This document shows, in pieces, positions 37,355-50,140 of a stretch of 64,000 nucleotides of DNA. The position numbers and the translations under genes are program-made. Under the pieces are notes generated by a model, which saw nothing but the letters and a program-made list of their open reading frames with translations, was not told where the DNA came from and searched no databases. Each line of letters begins with the position of its first letter. Position 1 is the stretch's first letter. The stretch lies in NCBI GenBank assembly GCA_043228905.1, contig JBHGNT010000003.1, positions 14,880,001 through 14,944,000 on the forward strand, given 5' to 3'. Origin of the DNA: Azolla caroliniana (lineage: Eukaryota; Plantae; Polypodiophyta).

Positions 37355-38650
37355 TTATGGCTCATGTCGGAATGATTGCAAGATGCAACCACAATTTTTA
37401 CAACATGTAACATTTGAGTCCCTTGAAGTCAAGGTCAAGCCATCGCAACGCAAACACCAAACCTTCTCATGGTCAACCAATGGCAATCTCCTCCTAGCCC
37501 GACTAGCACCTCTTTGTAGTTTTCCGGAGTGGGATTTGGAAGTGTTTGGGGAGCTGCCAATAAGTTCTTGCGAGATGTCTATTGTTGCACTTCTTTTGGC
37601 ACCAATTTGTTGGTTGCGACTTATTGATCTACCATCTTCTTCATTGGTTGATTTTGGTGCACCAACGCAATACACCTTCTCAGCCACATCTTCCAATGTT
37701 TGTATACCTTCGACAATAGTTGCACAGTCGAAGGTTCCTAACCCTTGCTCAAGACATTGAAGTGCTTTCATGACCGTTTGTATTTTGGACTTGAATGATT
37801 CAATCTTGGATGTTGTGGGGTTTGTCTCCTCTACTTGTTCTACCTCTTCCTCCACTTCTATTTCTGTATTATGGTCCATTCGCATTTGGGTCGCGTGATC
37901 TATAAAAGGCAATGAGCCACATAAATGTGGCATATGCCTCTCAATAATCATTCGGATACCGAGTAAATGCTTACATTTACTCACAATGTCTTGGCAATCA
38001 CAATATGAGCATTGGAGTGAGACATTATACCATAGAGTGGGAGTCGTCATGCTCAAGATTCTAAACCAATATCGGGCCTCGTCAACAATTTCAATTGTGG
38101 AAGTATTGTTGACATACCTTTCCAATATTCTCTCCACGTCTTTAAGTCGGGACCTTTGATCCCTACAATTCGTACGGGGTGCAAACCAACCACTCTCACA
38201 TATTTCTTGTCGTTGCTTGTACCACTCTATTACCGTTCCTCCTATGCAAGTGCCAGTTTCACTATCCCCGATTAAGACATGCAGAAGGTCAGTAATTGAT
38301 CGGTTTATTCTTCCCCTCAAGGCAGTATACTTGATAAATTGCCAATGTCTTTCCACAATATTGGTAGTGTCAACGTGTCCATAGTTGAACATTCTACCAA
38401 ACTTGGGCCAGAGTTTCCTCCACACACATGTCAAACCACACCACCCTCCTTCTATATATTGCCAAACACCGGGCTTGTCTGCATATTCTACCTTTAACTC
38501 CTCACACATTGCATTGAATGATGATTCAGTAATGCATTGCATCAGTTGGCACATTCGTTGATAAAGATGGCTTCTCTCATTTGCACTTACTTTTGGCAAC
38601 AAGTTGTCCACCCATGACTTTTTGGCGTGAAACTGACACAACAAAAGTCA
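37355..38650 (-). pseudogene. MULE transposase C-terminal half with SWIM zinc finger (N-terminal DD part not found)
   Basis: LCQFH (CxxH), TTNIVERHW (catalytic Glu region), SWIM CDC...CKH, terminal CxxC...CxxC. Confidence 0.8.
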
Positions 38651-39584
38651 ACAATGTGTTTGGGACCGTTGCCCATTTACAACAATCCAAGACTGAATTT
38701 GGTGAATTAATTTACTATAGTCGTTAATATGACTGTTGAGACGCCATCATTACACGTAGTTGGGCACTTCCCTATTACTGAGTCGGGCTCCCTTTTTTAA
38801 TGAGTCAAGCTCCCTTTTTAATGACTATTAATGAGTCGGGCTCCACATTAATTAGTCGGGCTTCCTTTTGAATTAGATTCACATTGAGTCTTTTTATGTC
38901 TTTGAAGAAGTTTGACATTGAGTCTTGTTATGTCTTTGAAGAAGATTGACATTGAGTCTTGTTATGTCTTTTGTATTGTTTACAACAAGGACTGAAGCAC
39001 TCTTTCTACAACAACATTCTTTGTTTACAACACTCTTTCTTGGCCTTTCTCAAAAACCATTGCCTTGACTACTTGTCAATAAGCTATTAGTTTTATTCTT
39101 TTGACACCCAAAACAATTCCTAGGAGAGAAATACAATTCAAATATACAACCAAAATGAGATTCAAATATTGATTTGATATTACAAAATGATTTTCAGATA
39201 GAGTCCACATTGAGTCATATACAACCAAAATGAGATTCAAATATTGATTTGATATTACAAAAAAGTTTCCAATCCGCATGTTTGATGTTACAAAGTACAA
39301 CATGATTTTCCGCATGTTCGAAGTGTGTCCGCAGTGGCTTTGAAGATCTTTATCGCTCTTGTCCTCAACTTCCTCATGTGTGATTGGCGTGATCTGTTGT
39401 ACTTGAGCTCTAGATCCAAAAAACGATTTATTGATCGTTGTCTTTCGTATTCGCTGAAGAATGATGTGGTTGTACTCCTCATGAGACCATCTTCCTGTGT
39501 AGGCTGTCAATGAAATTAATTTGACACTTGACTCAGCAGTGTAAGAACCATGTAATTTTTTGCCAGCACTTGATTCAATTAATT

Positions 39585-39957
39585 TGCTGTTTCCCATGGC
39601 TAGTTCCATTTGAATGTCATTTGGCAACCATTCCATGGACATTTCAAGGGTCTTTCATCCACACATGAACACGCCGTTTATGCATTCCGTTTATGCAAGT
39701 TTAGCTCTTGTTTGGAGGTAAAACTCATTGCACATCCTTCAATATCACAACAATAGGCTCCAAATTCCTCCTCTACATCTTCAACAGTTAGTTTCTTGTC
39801 CCTCCTTCGATGTGGTTTACGGGCTCTCCTGGTATCATCCAATATTGTATTATTATAATTTCCACCTATGTTTAGGATATTATCTTCATCCACCTTCATA
39901 ATCTTTGCAGCATTTCTTGTTCGTAGCCTGGTGTTGGGTCCTTCAGGAAAGAAACCT
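39585..39957 (-). pseudogene. Captured fragment of a REF6/ELF6-like JmjC demethylase C-terminal C2H2 zinc-finger region
   Basis: EGPNTRLRTR, YCCDIEGCAMSFTSKQELNLHKRN, then after a deletion/frameshift RRVH..DERPLKCPWNGCQMTFKW. Confidence 0.8.
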
Positions 39958-40122
39958 GCAGGAAGTCATGAAGTTCACAATGAACGTTTTTCGTTTTATA
40001 AATAATATATAATTTGCCGTATATGTTCAAAGAACTAAACATCACAAGAGTGTACCTGCATAATCAAAGAGTTGGTCATCTGAATCACACTTAACTTGTG
40101 CACGCTTGGATGTAGTCTTCTT

Positions 40123-40380
40123 TCAAATAATAAGACTCACAACCAGAATGTACATCAAATTGAGTCATATACAACCAAAATGAGATTCAAATAATAAGAC
40201 TCACAACCAGAATGTACATCAAATTGAGTCATATACAACCAGAATGAGATTCAAATAATATGACTCACAACCAGAATGTACATCAAATTGAGTCATATAC
40301 AACCAGAATGAGATTCACACAATAAGACTCACAACCAGAATGTACATCAAATTGAGTCATATACAACTAAAATGAGATTC
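40123..40380. repeat. Four tandem copies of a ~64 bp unit
   Basis: TTCAAATAATAAGACTCACAACCAGAATGTACATCAAATTGAGTCATATACAACC... repeated. Confidence 0.85.
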
Positions 40381-40489
40381 AACTATTTACCAGATATTAC
40401 AAAAAAGTTGGCAATCCGCATGAGATAGTAAATCAAGATCATATGTTTGATGTTACAAAGTACAACATGCTAGTGATTAAAATAACCCT

Positions 40490-42490
40490 ATGCCCAGAGT
40501 CCTTCGTGTCCATTTTGCCATGATTTTCCGAAGGATCTGCACGTCTTCGAATCCAAACAATTGCTCCTTACCCTACACCACAAGATGCCATCAACCTAAG
40601 CCCAAATTCAATTCTCATAAATTCAATGCTCATAAATACTTACAAATTGATCGAACTCAAATCCTTGAAAGAACTCCTTGACCAACATTCGAATGGTTTG
40701 CATCACGTAATACCCACAATCCTTCCCATTAGGTTGGGTTGGGATATGCAATACCTGGAACCGCTCGTTGTTGATGATGTAATGGTCGTGTGTGGTGCTA
40801 GAGATATGTCGTACAGCCAAATCACTCAATGTCTTCATGCCGACAGTCGGATGATTATTTAGTGGATCGCAAAAAACAATATGGCTCCTCACCTTGGCAT
40901 CGAGACCTATAGGAGTCTGTCACATCTTCAACCAAAGCACCCAATGCCCTGAGTGCAATATCGGAATGAAGACATATTCCCGTTCAGGGACCCGAGTGAG
41001 TATGTCTTCACCCTTATCACTTTGGCCTTCTAGTTGTACCCATAGTGGATCCACAATATGAAACCGCTTGTTGATCTCGGGGGGCAACGAGTACTCCATC
41101 CATAAGTGGAAGAGGGTCATTATCCATGTGGATGCCATCTCCCCTACAGTGCACAACGAACATAGTTCTACCTCCGTCAAAAAGACCGCTAGATCTAATC
41201 GTCGACAAGCCACCTGAAACCTGTTTATTAGGCCATATTAGTCATTACAAAAAAAACATGAAGTTAACTATTGATCTCATGCCCCCACCATAACGGCATA
41301 CCTAGTGAACTTATTTCTTGTTGTGTTATCCCATGTTTTGGTGATTGTCCCAGGACCAACAAAGACAATACCAATGTCCGCACCCTCATCTGTGTCAGAT
41401 GATGTAATGAACGACAATTTACGAGGGTCCACTTTTTTCTTGCAGATTTGGATTTTAGGCCTCCTTGGTTGTTGGGTTGTCGATTCTGACAGTTGGTCTT
41501 GACCACCATCGATCTCGAAATGTGTCTCATCTTCTGGCATGGGAATTCCATGATTCTTACACTAAAATTCATAAATAAGATTCACACATAATCATTCACA
41601 CACTAGATTTAGACTCACATAAGATGCACACATAAGCTTCAGACTCAACCGCAATCTTCAAGTTCAATTTTGCCATCCTATGCTCCTTTTCCTCGCCATA
41701 CCTGGCCATCTGTTGGCAGACGAATTGGGCAATGAAATCGGCCTCCTTGGATGTTCGAAGTGCGTCCGGAGTGGCTTTGAAGATCTTAATCGCTCTTGTC
41801 CTCAACTTCCTCATGTGTGATTGGCGTGATCTGTTGTACTTTAGCTCCGGATCCAAAAAACGCTTTATTGATCATTGTCTTTTGTAGTGGCTGAAGAATG
41901 ACATTTGTTGTACTCATGGAGGTCGATTGCTCTTCTTCTTCTATCTTTAGCCCCCGAGGCAGTACTACACAAATGCCATGTGCCTTTTGTAAGTGAGCCT
42001 CCATGTCAGTTTTTTTGCTAAACCATCGTACCTCTTTTCTACATGAATCTTCAATGATACATGTGCGACATTTGATACCTGTCGAGTCTCTTCCTACCTT
42101 GAAGAGGGACATGGGGTCCACTACATCAATGGTGTGACATTTGCATTAGAAAAACCCAATATATACTTACTTCAATAATGATTATAAGAATGTACATCAA
42201 CTCACCATTTACACTGATATCTTCAACACTTGGCCCCACGTCATGTATGGGGTTCGTATCCATGTTCGAGTCTTTAGTAATGATGTTTTCAGCATCCATA
42301 TTGTTGGATTTGGGGCACCTAGCACCCTTTGTTACAAAAACCCTAAACCATCATTCAAGTTAGCACACAAACATCACTATTTATACACAATATAAAGTTG
42401 AGAAATGATCCATGCCATACCTCCCTTCATAGGGTATTGTTTCACCCCAATCCGCATCAAAGTCTATGAAGGTCTTGGACCGACTAGCCA
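40490..42490 (-). pseudogene. Multi-exon transposon cargo gene: C2H2-like zinc finger plus Ulp1/C48 SUMO-protease domain
   Basis: CRTC...HLQKAH; FIPILHSGHWVL (His), FCDPL (Asp), TQPNGKDCGYYV (Gln/Cys); exon boundaries and intactness uncertain. Confidence 0.75.
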
Positions 42491-43539
42491 TCTGTACAAA
42501 ACACATGCCATCTTCAAAAACCACCAATGGATCTACGATCATATTTGGACATCATATTTGAAGCAATCATGAGACATATACACAAGTTGTCTATGTTCTC
42601 ACAAATGTACTACCACACATTTTTTTGTGGATGTACACTCCATTGGGTATTTGATACGTTTTAAATGATAGCCATAGTTCATGAGTCCAGGACAAATAGT
42701 TGGTCTTTATGGAGAATCCTAATTTCATTCAGCAAGAATTTATCATTTATCATTTATCATTTAGAATACTATAATGGACACAATGTTTTACTTCCAACTT
42801 AAAACATACTTACGTAGACTTACAAAGCACATAACTTTTTTTAGTAAGGCATTCATTACATTACTATTATTTGGGGAGAAAAAACACAAAGAATGTATAC
42901 AAGATTTGAGATTTGACATTCAAATGTGGGCATCAAAAAGCCCAATAATGCATGAATCACATGGGCAAATTCAAGCATTTAAATATTGGCATTTATGTGG
43001 ATGGGCAAATTCAAGCATTGTTAATTTAAACATTAACTAATTCACATTTTGGGTTATAAAATGTTTATATTTTTTTGTAACATACATTCCCTTGAGAAAA
43101 AGTATTAGTTTTAGGGAATTGTTTTTTTGAAGAATAAAGACCTATTTCTTCTATTGTAGGATAAAAACCTAATATGGATGATAATTGCTTAAATACACAT
43201 AGACAAGTATTATTTTTATTCCATGTCTACTCAAAATCATGGTTGATTGCTTGAAGACACAATAGAAGGAATAAAACCATATTACGTTCAAGCAATCATC
43301 CATATTAGGTTGATGGTTTTTATGACATGGAATAAAACCTAAACCTAATAGAAAGAATAAAAACCTAATATGGATGATGATTGCTTGAATACACATAGAC
43401 AAATATTATTTTTATTCCATATCTACTCAAAATCATGGTTGATTGCTTGAAGACACAATAGAAGGAATAAAACAATATTAGATTCAAGCAATCATCCATA
43501 TCAGGTTAATAGTTTTTATGAAATGGAATAAGCCCTAAA

Positions 43540-46500
43540 CCTAATAGAAGGAATAAAAACCTAATATAAGGAATATGATACCTAATAAACCCCTAAACCT
43601 AATAGAAGGAATATGATACCTACCAACTAACTACTGCAGGTGCTCGCGGACAACAGGTGTTTTACCTTACTAAAGATGTCTGCAACAGGTGCTCGCAGAC
43701 AGCAGGTGGTGTGCCTCACTCAAAAACCCTCAACCCTCAACCTCATGCTTCTCGTTTGCAAACAGGAAATAAATGAAAAAAAAGGGTTTTTATCCAAGCA
43801 ATAAAAACCTAATAGAGGGAATATGATACCTAACAAAAACCTAAACCTAATAGAAGGAATATAATACCTACCGACTAACCACTACAAGTGCTCGCGGACA
43901 ACAGGTGTTGTGCCTCACTGAAGATGTTTGCACCAGGTGCTCGCAGACAGCAGATGTTGCGCCTTGCTAAAAAACCCTAAATCCTCAACCTCACGCTTCT
44001 CGTTTGCAAACAAGAAAAAAATGACAGAAAAGAGGGTTTTTATAGAAGGAATAAAAACCTAATACAAGGAATATGATACCTAATAAAAACCTAAACCTAA
44101 TAGAAGGAAAATGATACCTAATAAAAACCTAAACCTAATAGAAGGAATATAATACCTACTAGATAACTACTGCAAGTGCTCGCGGACAACAGGTGTTGTG
44201 CCTCATTGAAGATGTCTGCAACAGGTGCTCGCAGACAGTAGGTGGTGCGCCTTGCTCAAAAACCCTAAACCCTAAACCCTCACGCTTCTTGTTTGTAAAC
44301 AGGAAAAAAATGTCAGAAAAAAAGAGTTTTTATAGAAGGAATAAAAACCTAATAGAAGGAATATGATACCTAACATAAACCTAAACCTACTAGACGGAAT
44401 ATGATACCTACCGACTAACTACTACAAGTGCTCCCGGACAATAGGTGTTGTGCCTGACTGAAGATGTTTGCAACAGGTGCTCGCAAACAAGAGGTTGTGT
44501 GCCTCGCTCAAAAACCCTAAACCCTCAACCTCATGCTTCTCGTTTTCAAACAGGAAAAACATGACAGAAAATAAGAATTTTTATAGAAGGAATAAAAACC
44601 TAATAGAAAGAATATGAAACCAATATAAAAACATAAACCTAATAGAAGGAATATGATACCTACCGACTAAATACTGCAGGTGCTCGCGGACAACATGTGT
44701 TGTGCGTCACTGAAGATGTCTTCAACAGGTGCTCGCGGACAGCAGGTGGTGCGCCTCGCTCAAAAACCCTAAACCCTCAACTTCACGATTCTTGTTTGCA
44801 AACAGGAAAAAAATGACAGAAAAAAAGGGTTTTTATAGTAGGAATAAAAACCTAATAGAAGGAATATCATACCTAATAAAAACCTAAACCTAATAGAAGG
44901 AATATGATACCTACCGACTAACTACTGCAGGTGCTCACGGACAACAGGTGTTGTGCCTCACTAAAGATGTTTGCAACAGGTGCTCGCAGACAGCAGGTGC
45001 TGCGCCTCGCTCAAAAACCCTAAACCCTCAACGTCACGCTTCTCATTTTCAAACAGGAAAAAAATGACAGAAAAAAGGGTTTTTATAGAAGGAATAAAAA
45101 CCTAATAGAAGGAATATGATACCTAATAAAAACCTAAATCTAATAGAAGGAATATGATACCTAATAAAAACCTAAACCTAATAGAAGGAATATGATACCT
45201 ACTGGCTAACTACTGCAAGTGCTCGCGGACAACAGGTGTTGTGCCTCACTAAAGATGTCTCCAACAGGTGCTCGCAGACAGTAGCTGGTGCGCCTCGCTC
45301 AAAAACCCTAAACCCTCACGCCTCACGCCTCATGTTTGCAAATAGGAAAAAAATAACAGAAAAAAAAGAGTTTTAATAGAAGAAATAAAAATCTAATAGA
45401 AGGAATATGATACCTAATTAATAACCTAAAGCTAATAGAAGGAACATGATACTTACCGACTAACTACTGCATGTGCTCGCGGACAACAGGTGTTTTACCT
45501 TACTAAAGATGTCTGCAACAGGTGCTCGCAGACAGCAGGTGGTGCGCCTCGCTCAAAAACCCTAAACCCTCAACCTCACGCTTCTCGTTTGCAAACAGGA
45601 AAAAAATGACAGAAAAAAGGGTTTTTATAGAAGGAATAAAAACCTAATAGAAGAAATATGATACCTAACAAAAACCTAAACCTAATAGACGGAATATGAT
45701 ACCTACCGACTAACTACTGCAGGTGCTCCCGGACAACAAGTGTTGTGCTGGAATGAAGATGTCTGCAACAGGTGCTCGCAGATAGCAGGTGGTGCGCCTT
45801 GCAAAAACTCCTACATCCTCAACCTCACGCTTCTCGTTTGCAAACAGGAAAAAAATGACAGAAAAGGGGGTTTTTATAGAAGGAATAAAAAACTAATACA
45901 AGGAATATGATACCTAATAAAACCCTAAACCTAATAGAAGGAATATGATACCTAATGAAAACCTAAACCTAATAGAAGGAATATGATACCTACTAGCTAA
46001 CTACTGCAAGTGCTCGCGGACAACAGGTGTTGTGCGTCATTGAAGATGTCTACAACAGGTGCTCGCAGACAGTAGATGGTGCGCCTCGCTCAAAAACCCT
46101 AAAACCTCAACCTCACGCTTCTTGTTTGCAAATAGGAAAAAAATAACAGAAAAAAAAAGGGTTTTAATAGAAGGAATAAAAACCTAATAGAAGAAATATG
46201 ATACCTAACAAAAACCTAAACCTAATAGAAGGAATATGATACCTACCGACTAACTATTGTAGGTGCTCGCGGACAACAGGTGTTGTGCGTCACTGAATAT
46301 GTCTGCAACAGGTGCTCACAGACAGGAGGTGGTGCACCTCGCTGAAAAACCCTCAACCCTAAACCTCACGCTTCTCGTTTGCAAACAGGAAAAAAATGAC
46401 AGAAAAAAGGGTTTTTATAGTAGGAATAAAAACCTAATAGAAGGAATATGATACCTAACAAAAACCTAAACCTACTAGAAGGAATATGATACCTACCGAC

Positions 46501-48440
46501 TAACCACTACAGGTGCTCGTGAACAACAGGTGTTATGCGTCACTGAAGATGTCTGCAACAGGTGCTCGCGGACATCAAGTGGTGTGCCTCATTCAAAAAC
46601 CTTAAACCCTCAACCTCACGCTTCTTGTTTGCAAACAGGAAAAAATTGACAGAAAAAAAGAGTTTTTAAAGAAGGAATAAAAACCTAATAGAAAGAATAT
46701 GATACCTAATAAAAACATAAACCTAATAGAAGGAATATGATACCTACCGACTAACTACTGCAGGTGCTCGCGGACAACATGTGTTGTGCGTCACTGAAGA
46801 TGTCTTCAACAGGTGCTCGCAGACAGCAGGTGGTGCGCCTCGCTCAAAAACCCTAAACCCTCAACCTCACGATTCTTGTTTGCAAACAGGAAAAAAATGA
46901 CAGAAAAAAGGGTTTTTATAGTAGGAATAAAAACCTAATAGAAGGAATATGATACCTAATGAAAACCTAAACCTAATAGGAGGAATATGATACCTGCCGA
47001 CTAACTACTATAGGTGCTCACGGACAACAGGTGTTGTGCCTCACTGAAGATGTTTGCAACAGGTGCTCGCAGACAGCAGGTGGTGCACCTCGCTCAAAAA
47101 CCCTAAACCCTCAACCTCACGCTTCTCGTTTTCAAAAAGGAAAAAAATGACAGAAAAAAAGAGTTTTTATAGAAGGAATATGATACCTAATAAAAACCTA
47201 AATCTAATAGAAGGAATATGATACCTAATAAAAACCTAAACCTAATAGAAGGAATATGATACCTACCGGCTAACTAGTGCAAGTGCTCGCGGACAACAGG
47301 TGTTGTGCCTCATTGAAGATGTCTGCAACAGGTGCTCGCAGACATTAGGTGGTGCGCCTCGCTCAAAAACCCTAAACCCTCAACCGCACGCCTCTTGTTT
47401 GCAAATAGGAAAAAAATAATAGAAAAAAAAGGGTTTTAAAAGAAGAAATAAAAATCTAATAGAAGGAATATGATACCTAATTAATAACCTAAAGCTAATA
47501 GAAGGAATATGATACCTACTGACTAACTACTGCATGTGCTCGCGGACAACAGGTGTTTTACCTTACTAAAGATGTCTGCAACAGGGGCTCGCAGACAGCA
47601 TGTGGTGCGCCTCGCTCAAAAACCCTAAACCCTCAACCTCACACTTCTCGTTTGTAAACAGGAAAAAAATGACAAAAAAAAAGAGTTTTTATAGAAGGAA
47701 TAAAACCTAATAGAAGAAATATGATACCTAACAAAAACTTAAACCTAATAGAAGGAATATGATACATTCCGACTAACTACTGTAGGTGCTCGCGGACAAC
47801 TGGTGTTGTGCCTCACTAAAGATGTCTGCAACAGGTGCTCGCAGATAGCAGGTGGTGCGCCTTGCTAAAAAACCCTCAATCCTCAACCTCACGATTCTCG
47901 TTTGCAAACAGGAAAAAAATGACAAAAAAGAGGGTTTTTATAGAAGGAATAAAAACCTAATACAAGGAATATGATACCTAATAAAAACCTAAACCTAATA
48001 GAAGGAATATGATACCTACCGACTAATTACTGACGGTGCTCGCGGACAACAGGTGTTGTGCCTCACTGAAGATGTCTGTAACAGGTGCTCGCAGACAGCA
48101 GGTGGTGCGCCTCGCTCAAAAGCCCTAAACCCTCAACCTCACGCTTCTTGTTTGCAAAGAAGAAAAAAATGACAGAGAAAACGGTTTTTATAGAAGGAAT
48201 AAAAACCTAATAGAAGGAATATGATATGTAAGAAAAGCCTAAACCTAATAGAAGGAATATGATACCTACCGACTAACTATTGTAGGTGCTCGCAGACAAC
48301 AGGTGTTGTGCCTCACTGAAGATGTCTGCAACAGGTGCTCGCAGACAGCAGGTGGTGCGCCTTGCTCAAAAACCCTAAACCCTCAACCTTAGGTTTCTTG
48401 TTTGCAAACAGGAAAAAAATGACAAAAGAAAAGGGTTTTA
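43540..48440. repeat. Tandem satellite-like array, 19 units of ~250 bp (some ~287 bp), inside the MULE
   Basis: GTGCTCGCGGACAAC anchor recurs from 43640 to 48286 at ~250/287 bp spacing; each unit has AAAACCCTAAACCCT-type and AATAGAAGGAATATGATACC motifs. Confidence 0.97.
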
Positions 48441-49650
48441 ATACTTCTCTCAACTAATGAGTAGGGCTCCTTTTCACAAAGTGGAGCCCTTCTTTAATGA
48501 GATGGGCTCCGTTTTTAATGAGACGGGCTCCCTCTTTAATTGGCGCACTTTTCCGCGCCTTTTCCACACCCACATTGGACGGTGCAGATCGCACGCACCC
48601 TTATTTAGCGACCTGCACCGTCCCTCTCTGTGATTCCCTCACTTGCCCTCTTTATTATTTGGTAGTAGTTAGACACCACGTGTCACACTAAACTCTTCCA
48701 TCTTCACATGGCTTATGGGCTGCCCGGCTATATCAATCACATAAATGTTGCTCGATGGCTTCTCAACTTTCAACATAGCTCAGAAGCGAAAATCACTCTA
48801 CCTTGTAAGTGACTCGGCAACATCACTACATCTTTCAATGGTTGGTTGACCTTTGCCCTCATGTTGGTTCCGTTTGTTGGAGAGCAACAACCCCATGCGC
48901 AGTTGTGATGTGGACCGTTGTCGTGAAGATTTTCGGCAACAGTGAGAAAAAGTGAAGAAAATGGGATTGAGCGTGCATCTCACAAGAAAATGTATATATG
49001 TATATATATATAATAAATGATTGTTAGTAGTATAGCGGTTAGGGACTTTGAGTGAGGTTAGAAGGGTGCAAAGTTTGAATCTTTGTTGGTGGTGCGAATC
49101 AAGAGTGATTTATTACCTTTCATTTTGAAAGAAGGGGAAATTAATTACAAGAAACTCCGAAAGCAGGCTCCTCATCTCTATATATTGGGGAAACGAAGGC
49201 TTATTTTGGGTTCACCCATTTTGAGTTAGGAGGGTGTACAGGGTTTGGTAGTTTTCTTTTTCTTCTTCTTCCTTCAGCGTTTCTTCTTCTCGAGTTCTTT
49301 TGGGTGTTCTTCTTTGAGTGGAGGTTTAGGGTTTCTCTTGGTTCTCCTCTCTCCTCTTAATTAGAGTTTATTCATCTTCTTCTACTTCATCTTAGGGTTT
49401 CAACTTGGGTTTTTCCACTCCCTATTTCGGATTGGGGTTTCGGGTTTCTTTTTCTCTCCCAACTTCTTGTCATGGTTGAAAGATTTGGGGTTTCTTCTTG
49501 TGGTCATTTTCATTTAGTTCGTCTTGCGAGTTGAGAGATTTAGGGTTGAGCTTTTCCGTCAGAAGCAAGCTACTCATAGCTCTGTCCATGTTCCTGTTGT
49601 CCAAAGGAAAGAGTTTTATCTTTGTGGCATCTTTCGCTTTTTGTGTCAGT

Positions 49651-50140
49651 TGTTGAGGATTCTCAACCCTCGCACTCTAATTCCATGAAAAGAGATATGC
49701 GCGGAAGTGTTATGCGAAACACAAAGTACACATTTGATTGTCCGAAAACAAAACAGATAGGGAAACACAGAGGTAGAGTGGGAGAGACAGAGTGAGCAGA
49801 CAATAACATAAAACTCTATTACAAAATGACTTTGTACATACAAATGTGCTCACAGAGCACTTTTTATACAAGCCTCTGACATAGGCTTACTCAAGTACTG
49901 ATAAGTACCTGAATGCTCATAACTAAGCATCTAACATTGACTCCCAAAAATATTCCTATTACTATAAACAGGTGCATCGATCCTAACGGCCTTCCAGCTC
50001 CTCATCGATCTGGCCTAGTCGATAGACACCAATCAGACTTTGTCTAATCCGACTCTCGGCTTCCTCAGTCGATCGGCCTTCGTCCAATCTACTCTCAACT
50101 TCTTCAACCAATTGGCCCATGTTGAGCTTGTCTCTCAACA
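49651..50140 (-). mobile_element. Copia-type LTR without matching TSD
   Basis: TGTTGAG...CTCAACA ends; similar to 57596-57957. Confidence 0.65.

Larger units (their letters stand above)
36933..48680 (-). mobile_element. Mutator-like (MULE) DNA transposon, 11.7 kb, with cargo genes and tandem array
   Basis: ~65-70 bp TIRs (36941-37005 and 48608-48672), 9 bp flanks CGTCACACT/TGTCACACT, GAGCCCGACTC-type subterminal repeats, MULE/SWIM transposase. Confidence 0.85.

Noticed and set aside
43540-48440. CRISPR-like array
   Set aside because: Whole ~250 bp units repeat with no unique spacers, no cas genes, eukaryotic context.
36963-48650. Sola or Zisupton classification of the DNA transposon
   Set aside because: GAG...CTC lies inside a longer TIR with no 4 bp direct repeat; CxxH and TTN..E motifs and the 9 bp duplication fit MULE better.
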